DNA from: a virus
Reading direction: 5' to 3' (one strand)
Virus record (IMG/VR): IMGVR_UViG_3300042544_001941
DNA: 64,000 nt
The position numbers and the translations under genes were made by a program. Below the pieces are notes generated by a model. The model made no database searches. It was not told the origin of the DNA and was given only the letters and a program-made list of their open reading frames with translations. Positions 9,304 to 18,978 of the stretch are shown here, piece by piece (position 1 is the first letter of the stretch; every line of letters begins with the position of its first letter).

Positions 9304-11097
9304 ATGGCAGAAAATAAACTAATATCAGAACTATCAGGAATAACAAACCCAAGTCTTACGGGGTATACCGTTTATGATGACGGAATAACCACCTACAGAA
9401 TGGCGTTAGGTGAATTAACGGCATACGTAACAGCCGCGGAAGGTGATTTTGCAACTACGGGAAGTAACATTTTTAATGGTTCACAAACTATTAACGGTTC
9501 AATTATAATATCGGGAAGTGGTAATATACATACAAAACCTTCAAATCCTGTCACAGGAATGACGAGGAATATGTCATCATATAATACTTTTATTGGTAGT
9601 GAATCAATTCCACAAAAAAGTGATAATATGCAGTTTTCACCGACTGTTAGTTATAATATTGGTGCCGTACAGGGAAATACAATTAATTTTTATGGCCCTA
9701 ACACTACAACATCTTCTTGGAATGCACTGAGTAATTTATTTATGGGGGGACAAGGAATCAATTTTGGTACTCTGTCCAACCCAATGAATAAAATATCGGG
9801 GTCTGTTCAGCTTTCTGCAAACATTTTAAATAATGGAACTATCAATGTTAAAGGATATAGTTCAAGTTTAAGTGGTCCTTTTAATTTAACGGGTAACCTT
9901 ATTAATGGTGGATTAGTTACTTTAAATGCATATTCTAGTTCAATAAATTTTAATTCAAATATTGCGAACGCCACGATTAGTGTTGATAATTCATTCACAC
10001 CAATATCAGGAACGCCAACTTCAGCACTTTCACCAAGAGTGAATCTTAACTTGTTATATGGTAATAATCATAAAATTATTTTTAGCGGTTCAAATACTCT
10101 TACAGGTCAAACAAAAACATTTAACTATAACTTAGTACAGGGAGAATTTATTACCGCGTCTATTGGTAGTGGTGATAGTTCAAATATATCTAACACCGCA
10201 ATCGTTGGTAATAGTTTGGTGGTTAGTGGTTCATCTACTATGGTTAATGGTGATGCTAATAGTACACCAAATAACACGTATGGTTCCGCATTTTTTGGTA
10301 GATTCAACTCATTAGATGGTAATAAATCAAAAACTGCCGAGACAATATTTGCGGTCGGTACTGGTACACAAACCTCAAGAAAAACAGGATTTTTAATTGA
10401 CAGTGGTTCAAATACTCACGTTGATGGTACGTTTAATGTTACTGGCTCAAGTACGTTTTTGGGTACACAAATTATAAAAGATGCCGTTATTATTGGTCCG
10501 AGTGGTAGTAGGCACACTAATAACCCTGAAATGTTACACGTCCAAAATAGTGGAAGTTTTAATATTGCACATCTTCAAGGTAATGTTGACAGTTATTTTC
10601 AACTTAATATAAAGAATGAAAGTTCTGCTGCAGGAGCAAGTACTGACTTTGTTGCTACCGCAGATAATGGAACTGAAAATTTACATTATGTTAATATGGG
10701 TATTAACTCAAGTGGTTTTCTTACACCGTTTTCAGTTGGTTATCAAAATGATGCGTACCTAATTAACAGAGGTAGAGATTTATATATTGGTTCTTTGGAT
10801 GGTCCGGATTATGACCATACTCACGTTCATTTATTTTCTTCTAATAGTTGGCAAAATCCACAGATTAGTATTATAAGTGAAGGAAAGATAGGATTTAACA
10901 CAGGTTCTGTAACAACAGGATACAAATATGAATTTAGTGGTAGTGTTAAATTAAATAATAATTTAAAAACGGATGGATTTACAATATTAACAAATGTAAC
11001 CTCAAGTTTTACAAATGACGCGGCGGCCGCGGCTGGTGGTGTACCATTACAAGGACTATATAGAAGTGGTAGTTACGTTTTAATTAGATTAACATAA
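9304..11097 (+). CDS. Tail fibre / receptor-binding-like protein
   Basis: G/S/N/T-rich; FATTGSNIFNGSQTINGS, FAVGTG...RKTGFLIDSGSN and C-terminal DAAAAAGGVP..GLYR segments are typical of fibre proteins. Confidence 0.7.
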   Translation: MAENKLISELSGITNPSLTGYTVYDDGITTYRMALGELTAYVTAAEGDFATTGSNIFNGSQTINGSIIISGSGNIHTKPSNPVTGMTRNMSSYNTFIGSESIPQKSDNMQFSPTVSYNIGAVQGNTINFYGPNTTTSSWNALSNLFMGGQGINFGTLSNPMNKISGSVQLSANILNNGTINVKGYSSSLSGPFNLTGNLINGGLVTLNAYSSSINFNSNIANATISVDNSFTPISGTPTSALSPRVNLNLLYGNNHKIIFSGSNTLTGQTKTFNYNLVQGEFITASIGSGDSSNISNTAIVGNSLVVSGSSTMVNGDANSTPNNTYGSAFFGRFNSLDGNKSKTAETIFAVGTGTQTSRKTGFLIDSGSNTHVDGTFNVTGSSTFLGTQIIKDAVIIGPSGSRHTNNPEMLHVQNSGSFNIAHLQGNVDSYFQLNIKNESSAAGASTDFVATADNGTENLHYVNMGINSSGFLTPFSVGYQNDAYLINRGRDLYIGSLDGPDYDHTHVHLFSSNSWQNPQISIISEGKIGFNTGSVTTGYKYEFSGSVKLNNNLKTDGFTILTNVTSSFTNDAAAAAGGVPLQGLYRSGSYVLIRLT

Positions 11098-11098
11098 T

Positions 11099-11467
11099 AT
11101 GGAATTTTTTATCAGACAGGGCGCAAGTGACCCAATATTGAAAATGAAATTGATTGATGACGGTAAAAACGACAAGTCGTCCTTTAATGATATGCTAGAG
11201 AATTCCGACATCACATTCGAAATGTTTGATGTTAAAACAGAAGAATATCATATCTTAAACGGTCCTTGTCTATTAACGACAAGAACCAAAAAGTATGACC
11301 AAACAACTGACGAATACTACATTACCTATCGTTTTTCAGAAGAAGGTACGTCAGTTAAAGGTAGATACGAAGGAATTGTAACGGTTCAATTTTTAGATAC
11401 AAACTCAAACCCAACAACAAAACTTATCCTTCCAATCAAAGAAAAATTATACATTAACGTAGTGTAA
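11099..11467 (+). CDS. BppU-N-like (baseplate upper / fibre adaptor) Ig-like protein
   Basis: FFIRQGASDPILKMKL...Y.F...GT...GRYEG.VTV.F....LILP pattern. Confidence 0.55.
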   Translation: MEFFIRQGASDPILKMKLIDDGKNDKSSFNDMLENSDITFEMFDVKTEEYHILNGPCLLTTRTKKYDQTTDEYYITYRFSEEGTSVKGRYEGIVTVQFLDTNSNPTTKLILPIKEKLYINVV

Positions 11468-11547
11468 TTTGTTTTTCACCGTTTAATTTTTTATATTTAT
11501 TAAGTAACAAGGCAAACTGTGATTTAGGTCACAAGCTAATACGTCAC
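11468..11547 (+). promoter_or_regulatory. Promoter (TTTG-N20-TATATTTA) plus leader hairpin upstream of DNA polymerase
   Basis: TTTG at 11468-11471, TATATTTA at 11492-11499, hairpin TGTGAT-TTAG-GTCACA at 11518-11533. Confidence 0.5.
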
Positions 11548-11563
11548 TTTAAAAAAATATAAA

Positions 11564-14461
11564 ATGAAAGAGGTAATATCTCAGGAAGTTATTGAAAGCT
11601 TCCTTAACGGTGGTGACCCCGAAGAGTTCATCGTGGGTGTTGAATATGACTACCCAACCAACAAAATCTACAAAATTATTCAGGACCCTATTCAGGGTAA
11701 AATCATTAAAGAAGATACGTTTACTCCATTTATGTGGGTAGGTGATTTATCAGGATTAAATTTCTATGGTAATTCCAAATCCATTCAAAAGAAAAGGATG
11801 GGTGAATTCGGTATTCTTATTGAAAAATTAGAAACCGGTGGAAATGAAAGACTTGAAGCAGGTATGAAATTTTTAGTAAAAAGTATTAAAAGTTATACTG
11901 ACTTAATTTCATTTTTCAGGATGGGAGGATTAAATCCTTGGGACGAAAAGGTTAGACAACATTTTACAATTCTATCCCCCGTAGAACAATACCTAATTCA
12001 AAAAAGAAAAAGATTATTTAAGGGTATTGACGATTATGGTGGTGTTCATCGATTTGTATTCGATATTGAGACCACAGGTTTAGACCCTGAAACTTGTAAT
12101 ATCATTCTGATTGGAGTTAAAGATAACCGTGGTTTGAATGAAACAATTCCTGCATTTGGTGAAGATGGTGAAAAGACTTGTATAGAAAGGTTTTTTCATC
12201 ATATTAGAAATTTGAAACCAACAATCATCGGAGGTTATAACTCAGCGTTTTTCGACTGGCCCTTTATTTTAAAAAGAGCAATGAAACTTGGTGTTAATGT
12301 TGAAGGTTTAACACAAATCTTTACATCACAAGGTATGAAAGAGAAAGAAGGGATGTTAAAACTTGCAAATGAAATTGAACCATATACACAACACGTAATG
12401 TGGGGTTTCAATATTATTGATATTGCACATTCAGTTCGTAGAGCTCAGGCAATTAACTCAGAGATTAAGTCTTGGGGTTTGAAATATATTACACAATATT
12501 TGGAGAAAGAAAAACCTAATCGTGTTTACGTTGATGGTGGTAAAATCTCTAAGATATATCTTGATAATGAAAGTTATTATGTAAATCCTAAGACGGGAAA
12601 TTACAAACAAATTGGTGACCCTGGTACAGAAGGGTTAATGGATAAATATCCCGGCAAATTTGAAATATGGCCGGGTAGAAAGATTGTAGAACAATATCTT
12701 GACGATGACTTGTACGAAACAATGATTGTAGATGATTCATTCTCACAATCAACGTTTCTACTTTCTAAATTGGTTCCTACAACATATGAAAGAATTGCAA
12801 CAATGGGTACCGCAACATTATGGAAGATAATAATGTTAGCTTGGTCTTATGAGAATAACTTAGCAGTTCCCGCCAAAGATGAGAAACGTGCAATTACAGG
12901 AGGACTTTCTCGTTTGTTAAATGTTGGATACTCAAAGAACATTGTTAAGTTTGACTACGCATCACTTTATCCATCTATTCAACTTGTATATGATGTATTC
13001 CCTGAATGTGATATTATGGGTGTACAGAAATCAATGTTAAAGTATTTCCGTAATATTCGTATTAAGTATAAAAGACTTGCCGGTGAATTGAAAAATTCAA
13101 ATCCAATCGAAGCGGAAATGTATGACCGTAAACAATTACCAATTAAGATTTTTATCAATGCGTATTTTGGTAGTTTATCCGCACCTCAAGTATTTCCTTG
13201 GGGTGATATGAATATGGGTGAAACTATTACGTGTACAGGTCGTCAATGTTTACGTATGATGATTATGTTCTTTATGAAGAAAGGATATAAACCTCTCGTA
13301 ATGGATACGGATGGTGTGAACTTTGAAACTCCTGATACGATTAATGAACACAAATATATTGGTAAAGGTTTAAACGAATTAGTAGATGAAGGTAAGGAAT
13401 ACGAAGGTATTGAAGCCGACACCGCAGAGTTTAACGACATCTTTATGAGAAATGAAATGGGTCTTGATATTGACTACACAGCACCCGCCTGTATTAATGT
13501 TTCTCGTAAGAACTACATCATTAAGTTGATGAAGAAAGGTAAAGAAAAAATTAAATTAACAGGTAACACAATTAAATCTAAAAAATTACAAACATACATT
13601 GTTGAGTTTTTGGATGAGGGTTTAAAGATGTTATTAAATGGTGATGGTTTATCTTTTGTTGAGTTGTATTATGAATATGTAACCAAGATTTATAATAAAG
13701 AAATACCATTAGCCAAGATTGCAAATAAGGCTCGTGTTAAACAGTCAATTGACGATTATAAAAAACACATTAAGAAGACAACTAAAGCAGGTTCATTAAT
13801 GTCTCGACAAGCACATATGGAATTGATTATTCAAAATGATTATCCTGCAGGTCTTGGAGATACAATATATTACGTAAATAATGGTGTGAAAAAATCTTCG
13901 GGTGATGTAACCAAGATTACCAAACCAACCAAGAAACAACAAGAGGATTATCGTGCTAAATTTGGTTCTGATATACCGAGTGAATATGTTGAAATCAATT
14001 GTTATATGATTCCTGAAAAAGAAATTGTAAACAATCCAAACTTAACAGGTGATTATAATGTTGCTCGTTATTTGACTAACTTCAATAAACGAATCGAACC
14101 ATTACTTTGTGTATTCAAACCCGAAATACGTGAAGATATATTGATTGAAAATCCTGAGGAAAGACAATACTTTACAAAACTACAATGTGAATTAATCAAT
14201 GGTCACCCATTAAAAGAGGATGGTCAAGATAAATTTGATGAGGTGATGACATTGTCAGATAGTGAGGTGTTATTTTGGAACAGAGTTGGTCGTGACCCAT
14301 TCTTTATGTATGTGGAAAACAGCTTAGAACTTGCAGACCCATATTGGGTAGACCACAATAGAAAAGTTGTTACTCTACAAGCAGAAAGTATAAAGAGTAA
14401 CGAAGATGAGATAATCGAAACCAATGGTAACGATTTCGCACTACACGCAGTAGAAATTTAA
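11564..14461 (+). CDS. polB: Family B DNA polymerase with 3'-5' exonuclease
   Basis: Exo I FDIETTG, Exo II GYNSAFFD, Exo III YLDDD; polymerase motifs DYASLYPS, KIFINAYFG and DTDG. Confidence 0.95.
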   Translation: MKEVISQEVIESFLNGGDPEEFIVGVEYDYPTNKIYKIIQDPIQGKIIKEDTFTPFMWVGDLSGLNFYGNSKSIQKKRMGEFGILIEKLETGGNERLEAGMKFLVKSIKSYTDLISFFRMGGLNPWDEKVRQHFTILSPVEQYLIQKRKRLFKGIDDYGGVHRFVFDIETTGLDPETCNIILIGVKDNRGLNETIPAFGEDGEKTCIERFFHHIRNLKPTIIGGYNSAFFDWPFILKRAMKLGVNVEGLTQIFTSQGMKEKEGMLKLANEIEPYTQHVMWGFNIIDIAHSVRRAQAINSEIKSWGLKYITQYLEKEKPNRVYVDGGKISKIYLDNESYYVNPKTGNYKQIGDPGTEGLMDKYPGKFEIWPGRKIVEQYLDDDLYETMIVDDSFSQSTFLLSKLVPTTYERIATMGTATLWKIIMLAWSYENNLAVPAKDEKRAITGGLSRLLNVGYSKNIVKFDYASLYPSIQLVYDVFPECDIMGVQKSMLKYFRNIRIKYKRLAGELKNSNPIEAEMYDRKQLPIKIFINAYFGSLSAPQVFPWGDMNMGETITCTGRQCLRMMIMFFMKKGYKPLVMDTDGVNFETPDTINEHKYIGKGLNELVDEGKEYEGIEADTAEFNDIFMRNEMGLDIDYTAPACINVSRKNYIIKLMKKGKEKIKLTGNTIKSKKLQTYIVEFLDEGLKMLLNGDGLSFVELYYEYVTKIYNKEIPLAKIANKARVKQSIDDYKKHIKKTTKAGSLMSRQAHMELIIQNDYPAGLGDTIYYVNNGVKKSSGDVTKITKPTKKQQEDYRAKFGSDIPSEYVEINCYMIPEKEIVNNPNLTGDYNVARYLTNFNKRIEPLLCVFKPEIREDILIENPEERQYFTKLQCELINGHPLKEDGQDKFDEVMTLSDSEVLFWNRVGRDPFFMYVENSLELADPYWVDHNRKVVTLQAESIKSNEDEIIETNGNDFALHAVEI

Positions 14462-15576
14462 ATCACATTAAATGGTGAAGGCATCGCCCTGAACTTTAAT
14501 GCTTTGTTAAGATTTTCGGCCTCGTTCGCTTTTCTTTCCAACATTTTGTCAGGGCGAAGTCTTTCTAATCTAGCCATTAATTCTTCAACCAATTTCATTC
14601 TTTCATCTTTACCTTCAGTAAGTAAAGAACTATAATCTAATTTAATAGTACTATCGGGAACTTGTAGGTCACCTGAGAACTTACCCCATATACGACCTAA
14701 ACCTTCTTTAGCATAACCTATTAGGTACTTTCTAACCCAGTTTTGTGCGGGTTTATTTAGTGTGTCCCAAGTTAGTTGTTCAGTATCAACATCAGACGGT
14801 AATTTAATAACGTCTTTGTTTTTCTCAAGACAAGTGTCTCTATCAGTAGTTTCATAATACCAATACCAAACTTTATAGTTTGCCTGTTTAATAGAACCAA
14901 AATCAAATTTACCGCCAGGTACGTTCATTAAATGTACAATTTTTGTACCGTTTGGTCCTGCAGTAACTCTATATGTTAATTCACCACCGATAAGACGGTT
15001 TTTAATATTTCTATCTTGCATTCTCAACAATAAGTCGAACGCCGGTAACATAAAGTACGAACCCGATGTACCAATTTGAGCAAAACCACCCACACCACCA
15101 AAACCAACACCACCAAGACCACCAAAACCTCCTAAGAACGGGTCAACAATAGAGTCTGTAAGTTCAGCACGGGTAAACCATAAAAGTTCATTCAATTCAC
15201 GACCCGCAGGAATTACATAGGTTTGAGTACCTCCCGTCAATTCAAAGTAATCCTTTTTTAACTCGTGAGGTCCGTTAGCTTGTAAACCCACAATCTTAGA
15301 ATATGAGTACGTATATTGAGTTTCATAGTCTAAACTTCTTGTGGTGAAAGCTCTTGTTAATGATTGTGTATCAACATCCAATCCAGCTAATGCTGACCAT
15401 TGGGATTCAATTAACCAATCCGAAACATATTGTTCGTACTCAGACAATGAAAACTCCATAAAGGTATCCATTTGTTCTTCGGTTAATTCAATTCCTCTTA
15501 CAGGCATACCCAATAGGTTAAACACCTGAGAATATAGTTTTTCTTTTTCTGGTTGAGATATAATAGTTGCGCTCAT
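14458..15576 (-). CDS. Neck / head-tail adaptor (T4 gp13-like)
   Basis: LG.PVRGIELTEEQMD at the N-terminus and WVRKY...AKEGLGRIWGKF...P...IKLD...L.EG..E at the C-terminus; late motif at 15591-15598. Confidence 0.8.
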   Translation of the reverse strand: MSATIISQPEKEKLYSQVFNLLGMPVRGIELTEEQMDTFMEFSLSEYEQYVSDWLIESQWSALAGLDVDTQSLTRAFTTRSLDYETQYTYSYSKIVGLQANGPHELKKDYFELTGGTQTYVIPAGRELNELLWFTRAELTDSIVDPFLGGFGGLGGVGFGGVGGFAQIGTSGSYFMLPAFDLLLRMQDRNIKNRLIGGELTYRVTAGPNGTKIVHLMNVPGGKFDFGSIKQANYKVWYWYYETTDRDTCLEKNKDVIKLPSDVDTEQLTWDTLNKPAQNWVRKYLIGYAKEGLGRIWGKFSGDLQVPDSTIKLDYSSLLTEGKDERMKLVEELMARLERLRPDKMLERKANEAENLNKALKFRAMPSPFNVI

Positions 15577-15577
15577 A

Positions 15578-15609
15578 TTTGATATATTCCTATAAATAGT
15601 TTATTTTTG
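15578..15609 (+). promoter_or_regulatory. Bacteroidota promoter (TTTG-N20-TATTTTTG) with the opposite-strand late motif inside its spacer
   Basis: Exact -33/-7 consensus 5 nt upstream of the ATG at 15615; TATAAATA at 15591-15598 lies within the spacer. Confidence 0.6.
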
Positions 15610-15614
15610 GTAAT

Positions 15615-16685
15615 ATGAACGTCCAAGAAAGATTAAAAACTTTAGAAATAACAAACTACGTAATGTCGGAAGATACGTGGGCGGACATACATTCAACTGA
15701 TTATAAGAATAGGATTTCTAAAAGTATAAAATATATTTTAGAGGAATTATATAAGCAAAAGGGTTTATGGTTACAAAATCCTAAATGTTCTTATGAAAAA
15801 CTTGGGGTAGTCATAAACGGGAAATGGCACAGATTGAACACTCTCGAAACAAACTCAAGGGGGTTAATTTATTTGTTTAATCTATGTAACCAATACCTTT
15901 TAGAATTAAAAAATTCAGGTGTTGTATCGATAAAAATAAACGATGTAGACATTTCAACCGAGAAAATTTTCATTAACGATAATTGGGAGAAGGAAAAGTC
16001 TTTAACCGATTTAAAGATTAAAAATTTATTAAGAATTATTAGACACCATTCTCAAGGATGGTTAACATATGATAGTCCTGTTTGTGTTGAATTAATGAAA
16101 ATTTGTTATGAGACAATGTTGATTGGAGATACTGCAGAATTTCTGTGTGAACTCCATATAAATAAAATAAACTCAAATATAACAAGTTACGTAGTTACTG
16201 AAGGTCTTGGGGACTGTAATGATATTGACCAAGGTACTGACTTATGGATTTACAATAACCAAGGAGAGTCAAAATATCAAATAAAACACAAATATTATAA
16301 CGTAGATAAAGATGGTAATGTAACAACTTACGCAAATTTCAGTTCGTATTCTAAATGTGATTTTTTTGTATTGGTTTATAAAAACAATATATTAACGGTA
16401 ACAAATAAAAATAATGTTAGGAATAAAAAGGAATGGTTTTTTCCTAAACAAAATATAACAAATAATTTTAAAACAATCGATATGTTTAACGAATTAAAAT
16501 CATTAATGAGAATCACAGGTAACAACGATATTACATTGTTGATTACAAGAAACGAAACGGTAAACGAAGTTAACTACAACCAAGAGAACAAAACGGTATC
16601 GATTAATTTTATCGACGATTCTGATGAATCAATTAAAGATAAAATTAATGAAGTGATTAAAGAATTAGAGAAGACTTTTAAGTAA
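15615..16685 (+). CDS. Putative PD-(D/E)xK nuclease-domain protein
   Basis: GDTAE...DIDQGTDLWI...KYQIK fits the E...D...(Q/E)xK catalytic layout; opposite strand to both neighbours. Confidence 0.55.
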   Translation: MNVQERLKTLEITNYVMSEDTWADIHSTDYKNRISKSIKYILEELYKQKGLWLQNPKCSYEKLGVVINGKWHRLNTLETNSRGLIYLFNLCNQYLLELKNSGVVSIKINDVDISTEKIFINDNWEKEKSLTDLKIKNLLRIIRHHSQGWLTYDSPVCVELMKICYETMLIGDTAEFLCELHINKINSNITSYVVTEGLGDCNDIDQGTDLWIYNNQGESKYQIKHKYYNVDKDGNVTTYANFSSYSKCDFFVLVYKNNILTVTNKNNVRNKKEWFFPKQNITNNFKTIDMFNELKSLMRITGNNDITLLITRNETVNEVNYNQENKTVSINFIDDSDESIKDKINEVIKELEKTFK

Positions 16686-18416
16686 ATCTTTACTGAAACT
16701 TTCAGAATATTCCCCATCCCCCATAACTTGGTCTATAATACCTTTCTTCTTTTGTAACATATTATAGACAATTTTCTCAATAGTGTTTTCAAATATTGGA
16801 TAATATACGAGAACACTATTTTTTTGCCCATAACGATATGCCCTATCTTCCGCTTGACTATGATGTGCCGGTACAAAGGATAAGTCATTCATAATAACAA
16901 TCTCAGCGGCGGTTAAAGTAATACCTACACCGCCCGCAATAATATTTGAGATGAATACTTTTACTTTATCGTTGTTTTGAAATTTATCAACTGATTCTTG
17001 TCTACGTTCTTTAGACATACGACCATCAAGGGTTACACAAGTCTTTTTATATTTTTCTTGTAATAAATCTAATGAACTCGTGAAGTTAGTAAACACAATT
17101 ACTTTCTTACCTTGGTCGATACATTTATCAATCAATTCACAAGTGTATGGAACTTTTTCAATTGCAATCAATTGACGAATTTTCATCAAACGATTTAGAG
17201 TAACAGTAATACTTTCATTTTCTTTATTATCTTTACTGATTCTCATAAACTCTTCCAATTCATCATCGTAAAAAGTATTTCTAAGTTCCAAATAAACAGG
17301 AGTTACAATTTTTTCGGGTAAATCGAGAATGTCTGTTTTCATTCTTCGTAGAACAAGACTTTTTGTTCTTTCTCTAAGTTCGTCCAAGTTACTTGCACCA
17401 CTCGTATTCCAAACCTTTCTTTGACCAACTCTAAATTGGTAACCCGCACAGTATCTACGAACATATGATTGCCAATTCAATGTCAATGGTGACTCAACAA
17501 TTTTTAATAGATTAAAATAGTTGATTGGTCTTGAGGTCATCGGGGTTCCTGTCAATAACCAAACTTTAGGAATTTGTTCTAAGACATCATTTAATAGTCT
17601 TGTTCTTTGAGCGGTATTGTTTGAAATGTAGTGAGCCTCATCTACAATTACCAATTCAAAACCCGCATTGACTAATAATTTGTAATCGTCACTATCTTCA
17701 CTCTTGTCAGTTGTGTGGAAGTTCTTTAATATATCATAGTTTATAATATAAAAATCAAATGTGGAACCCCATCTACGACCCTCAACTAATAGTATTCTTC
17801 TATCAGTATAATTCTCAATTTCTCTTTGCCAGTTAATTTTTAACGATGCCGGACAAACTATCAGAATTTTTCTGGCATTTGATTCCAACGAAGCAATCAC
17901 TGCGGCGGTAGTCTTACCTAAACCCATATCATCAGCCAAAATGAATTTATCATTCGCTAATAATTTTTCAATTGCCACCTTTTGATGTTCCATAGGTGGT
18001 CTTTTATGATATGGTGAATAATCAATAACTCTATTTAACTTTTTCTCTTCCTGTAAGATTGCGGATTTTGGTACCCACATTGCGTGGAGTTTATCGGTTT
18101 CAAAAACTTTACCCCATATATGAAACGCTTTATCTGAATCACATAATAGTTTCTCAACCCATATTTTTTGAGGAACTGTCACTAATAAACGTTGTTCCAT
18201 TATTTTCTCACCAAACGTCTCTACTATATTAACATATTTTCTTGCTACCTTGGGAACCGTATCTTGGTACTTAATTACATATTCAGCCTGTGGACGAGTA
18301 AACGTAAAACTTTTAGCAGTTTCCATTTTAACCTTCCATTCCAATAATTGATTATTGGAACCTGAGTATGATGATAATATCTCTCTCGCCTCAATTTCAG
18401 GGATTTTCTTTTCCAT
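16665..18416 (-). CDS. SNF2-family (HARP/SMARCAL1-like) helicase
   Basis: LADDMGLGKT, VCPASLKINW, DEAH, LTGTP, GVGITL and QAEDRAYRYGQ. Confidence 0.93.
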   Translation of the reverse strand: MEKKIPEIEAREILSSYSGSNNQLLEWKVKMETAKSFTFTRPQAEYVIKYQDTVPKVARKYVNIVETFGEKIMEQRLLVTVPQKIWVEKLLCDSDKAFHIWGKVFETDKLHAMWVPKSAILQEEKKLNRVIDYSPYHKRPPMEHQKVAIEKLLANDKFILADDMGLGKTTAAVIASLESNARKILIVCPASLKINWQREIENYTDRRILLVEGRRWGSTFDFYIINYDILKNFHTTDKSEDSDDYKLLVNAGFELVIVDEAHYISNNTAQRTRLLNDVLEQIPKVWLLTGTPMTSRPINYFNLLKIVESPLTLNWQSYVRRYCAGYQFRVGQRKVWNTSGASNLDELRERTKSLVLRRMKTDILDLPEKIVTPVYLELRNTFYDDELEEFMRISKDNKENESITVTLNRLMKIRQLIAIEKVPYTCELIDKCIDQGKKVIVFTNFTSSLDLLQEKYKKTCVTLDGRMSKERRQESVDKFQNNDKVKVFISNIIAGGVGITLTAAEIVIMNDLSFVPAHHSQAEDRAYRYGQKNSVLVYYPIFENTIEKIVYNMLQKKKGIIDQVMGDGEYSESFSKDLLKSLL

Positions 18417-18464
18417 AATAAAATATAACTAATTTGATTATATATTTAAACTATTTATAGGTAT

Positions 18465-18977
18465 ATGGAAAATAAGTTACCGATTACCAGAATGTCGAAA
18501 TTCTTCTCAAACGAAGATTTTGATTTACAAATACAAATGGGTCAAGAGTATTTACACGGAGATTTGAATATGAAATTGGTTATCTATCGTGTGGATAGAG
18601 CTAAAACCGAGAAGGATGACGTGTATGCTGAAGTTGGTAAGGACGAAATAAAGTATTTCCCTCCGATTGAGGTGAATGCGTTAGTTAAGATTGAAGAACC
18701 TAAAAATTCATCATATAAAAATGGTATGTTAAGATACCTTGAGCCAGGTAATATGGTTTTTCAGGTGTATCTAAAACATTTAGATGAATTGGGTGTGGAT
18801 ATTAGATATGGTGATTATATTGGATACCCGGAATCTGAGGGTAGACTTAGATATTATACGGTAACGAATGATGGTAAAGTAACATCAGACAATAAACATA
18901 ACTACTTTGGTTATAAACCGTACTATCGAACAATAACTTGTGCACCTGTACAAGAATCAGAATTTAGAGGAATATAA
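18465..18977 (+). CDS. Head closure / neck protein (gp14-like)
   Basis: DDVYAE...IK(Y)FPPIEV.ALV and GDYI motifs; position before the tail terminator and sheath; late motif at 18452-18459. Confidence 0.6.
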   Translation: MENKLPITRMSKFFSNEDFDLQIQMGQEYLHGDLNMKLVIYRVDRAKTEKDDVYAEVGKDEIKYFPPIEVNALVKIEEPKNSSYKNGMLRYLEPGNMVFQVYLKHLDELGVDIRYGDYIGYPESEGRLRYYTVTNDGKVTSDNKHNYFGYKPYYRTITCAPVQESEFRGI

Positions 18978-18978
18978 T

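Noticed and set aside
11509-11547. c-di-GMP-I (GEMM) riboswitch suggested by GGCAAAC
   Set aside because: Lacks the GNRA-capped P2, the GACGCAAAG segment and the second hairpin.
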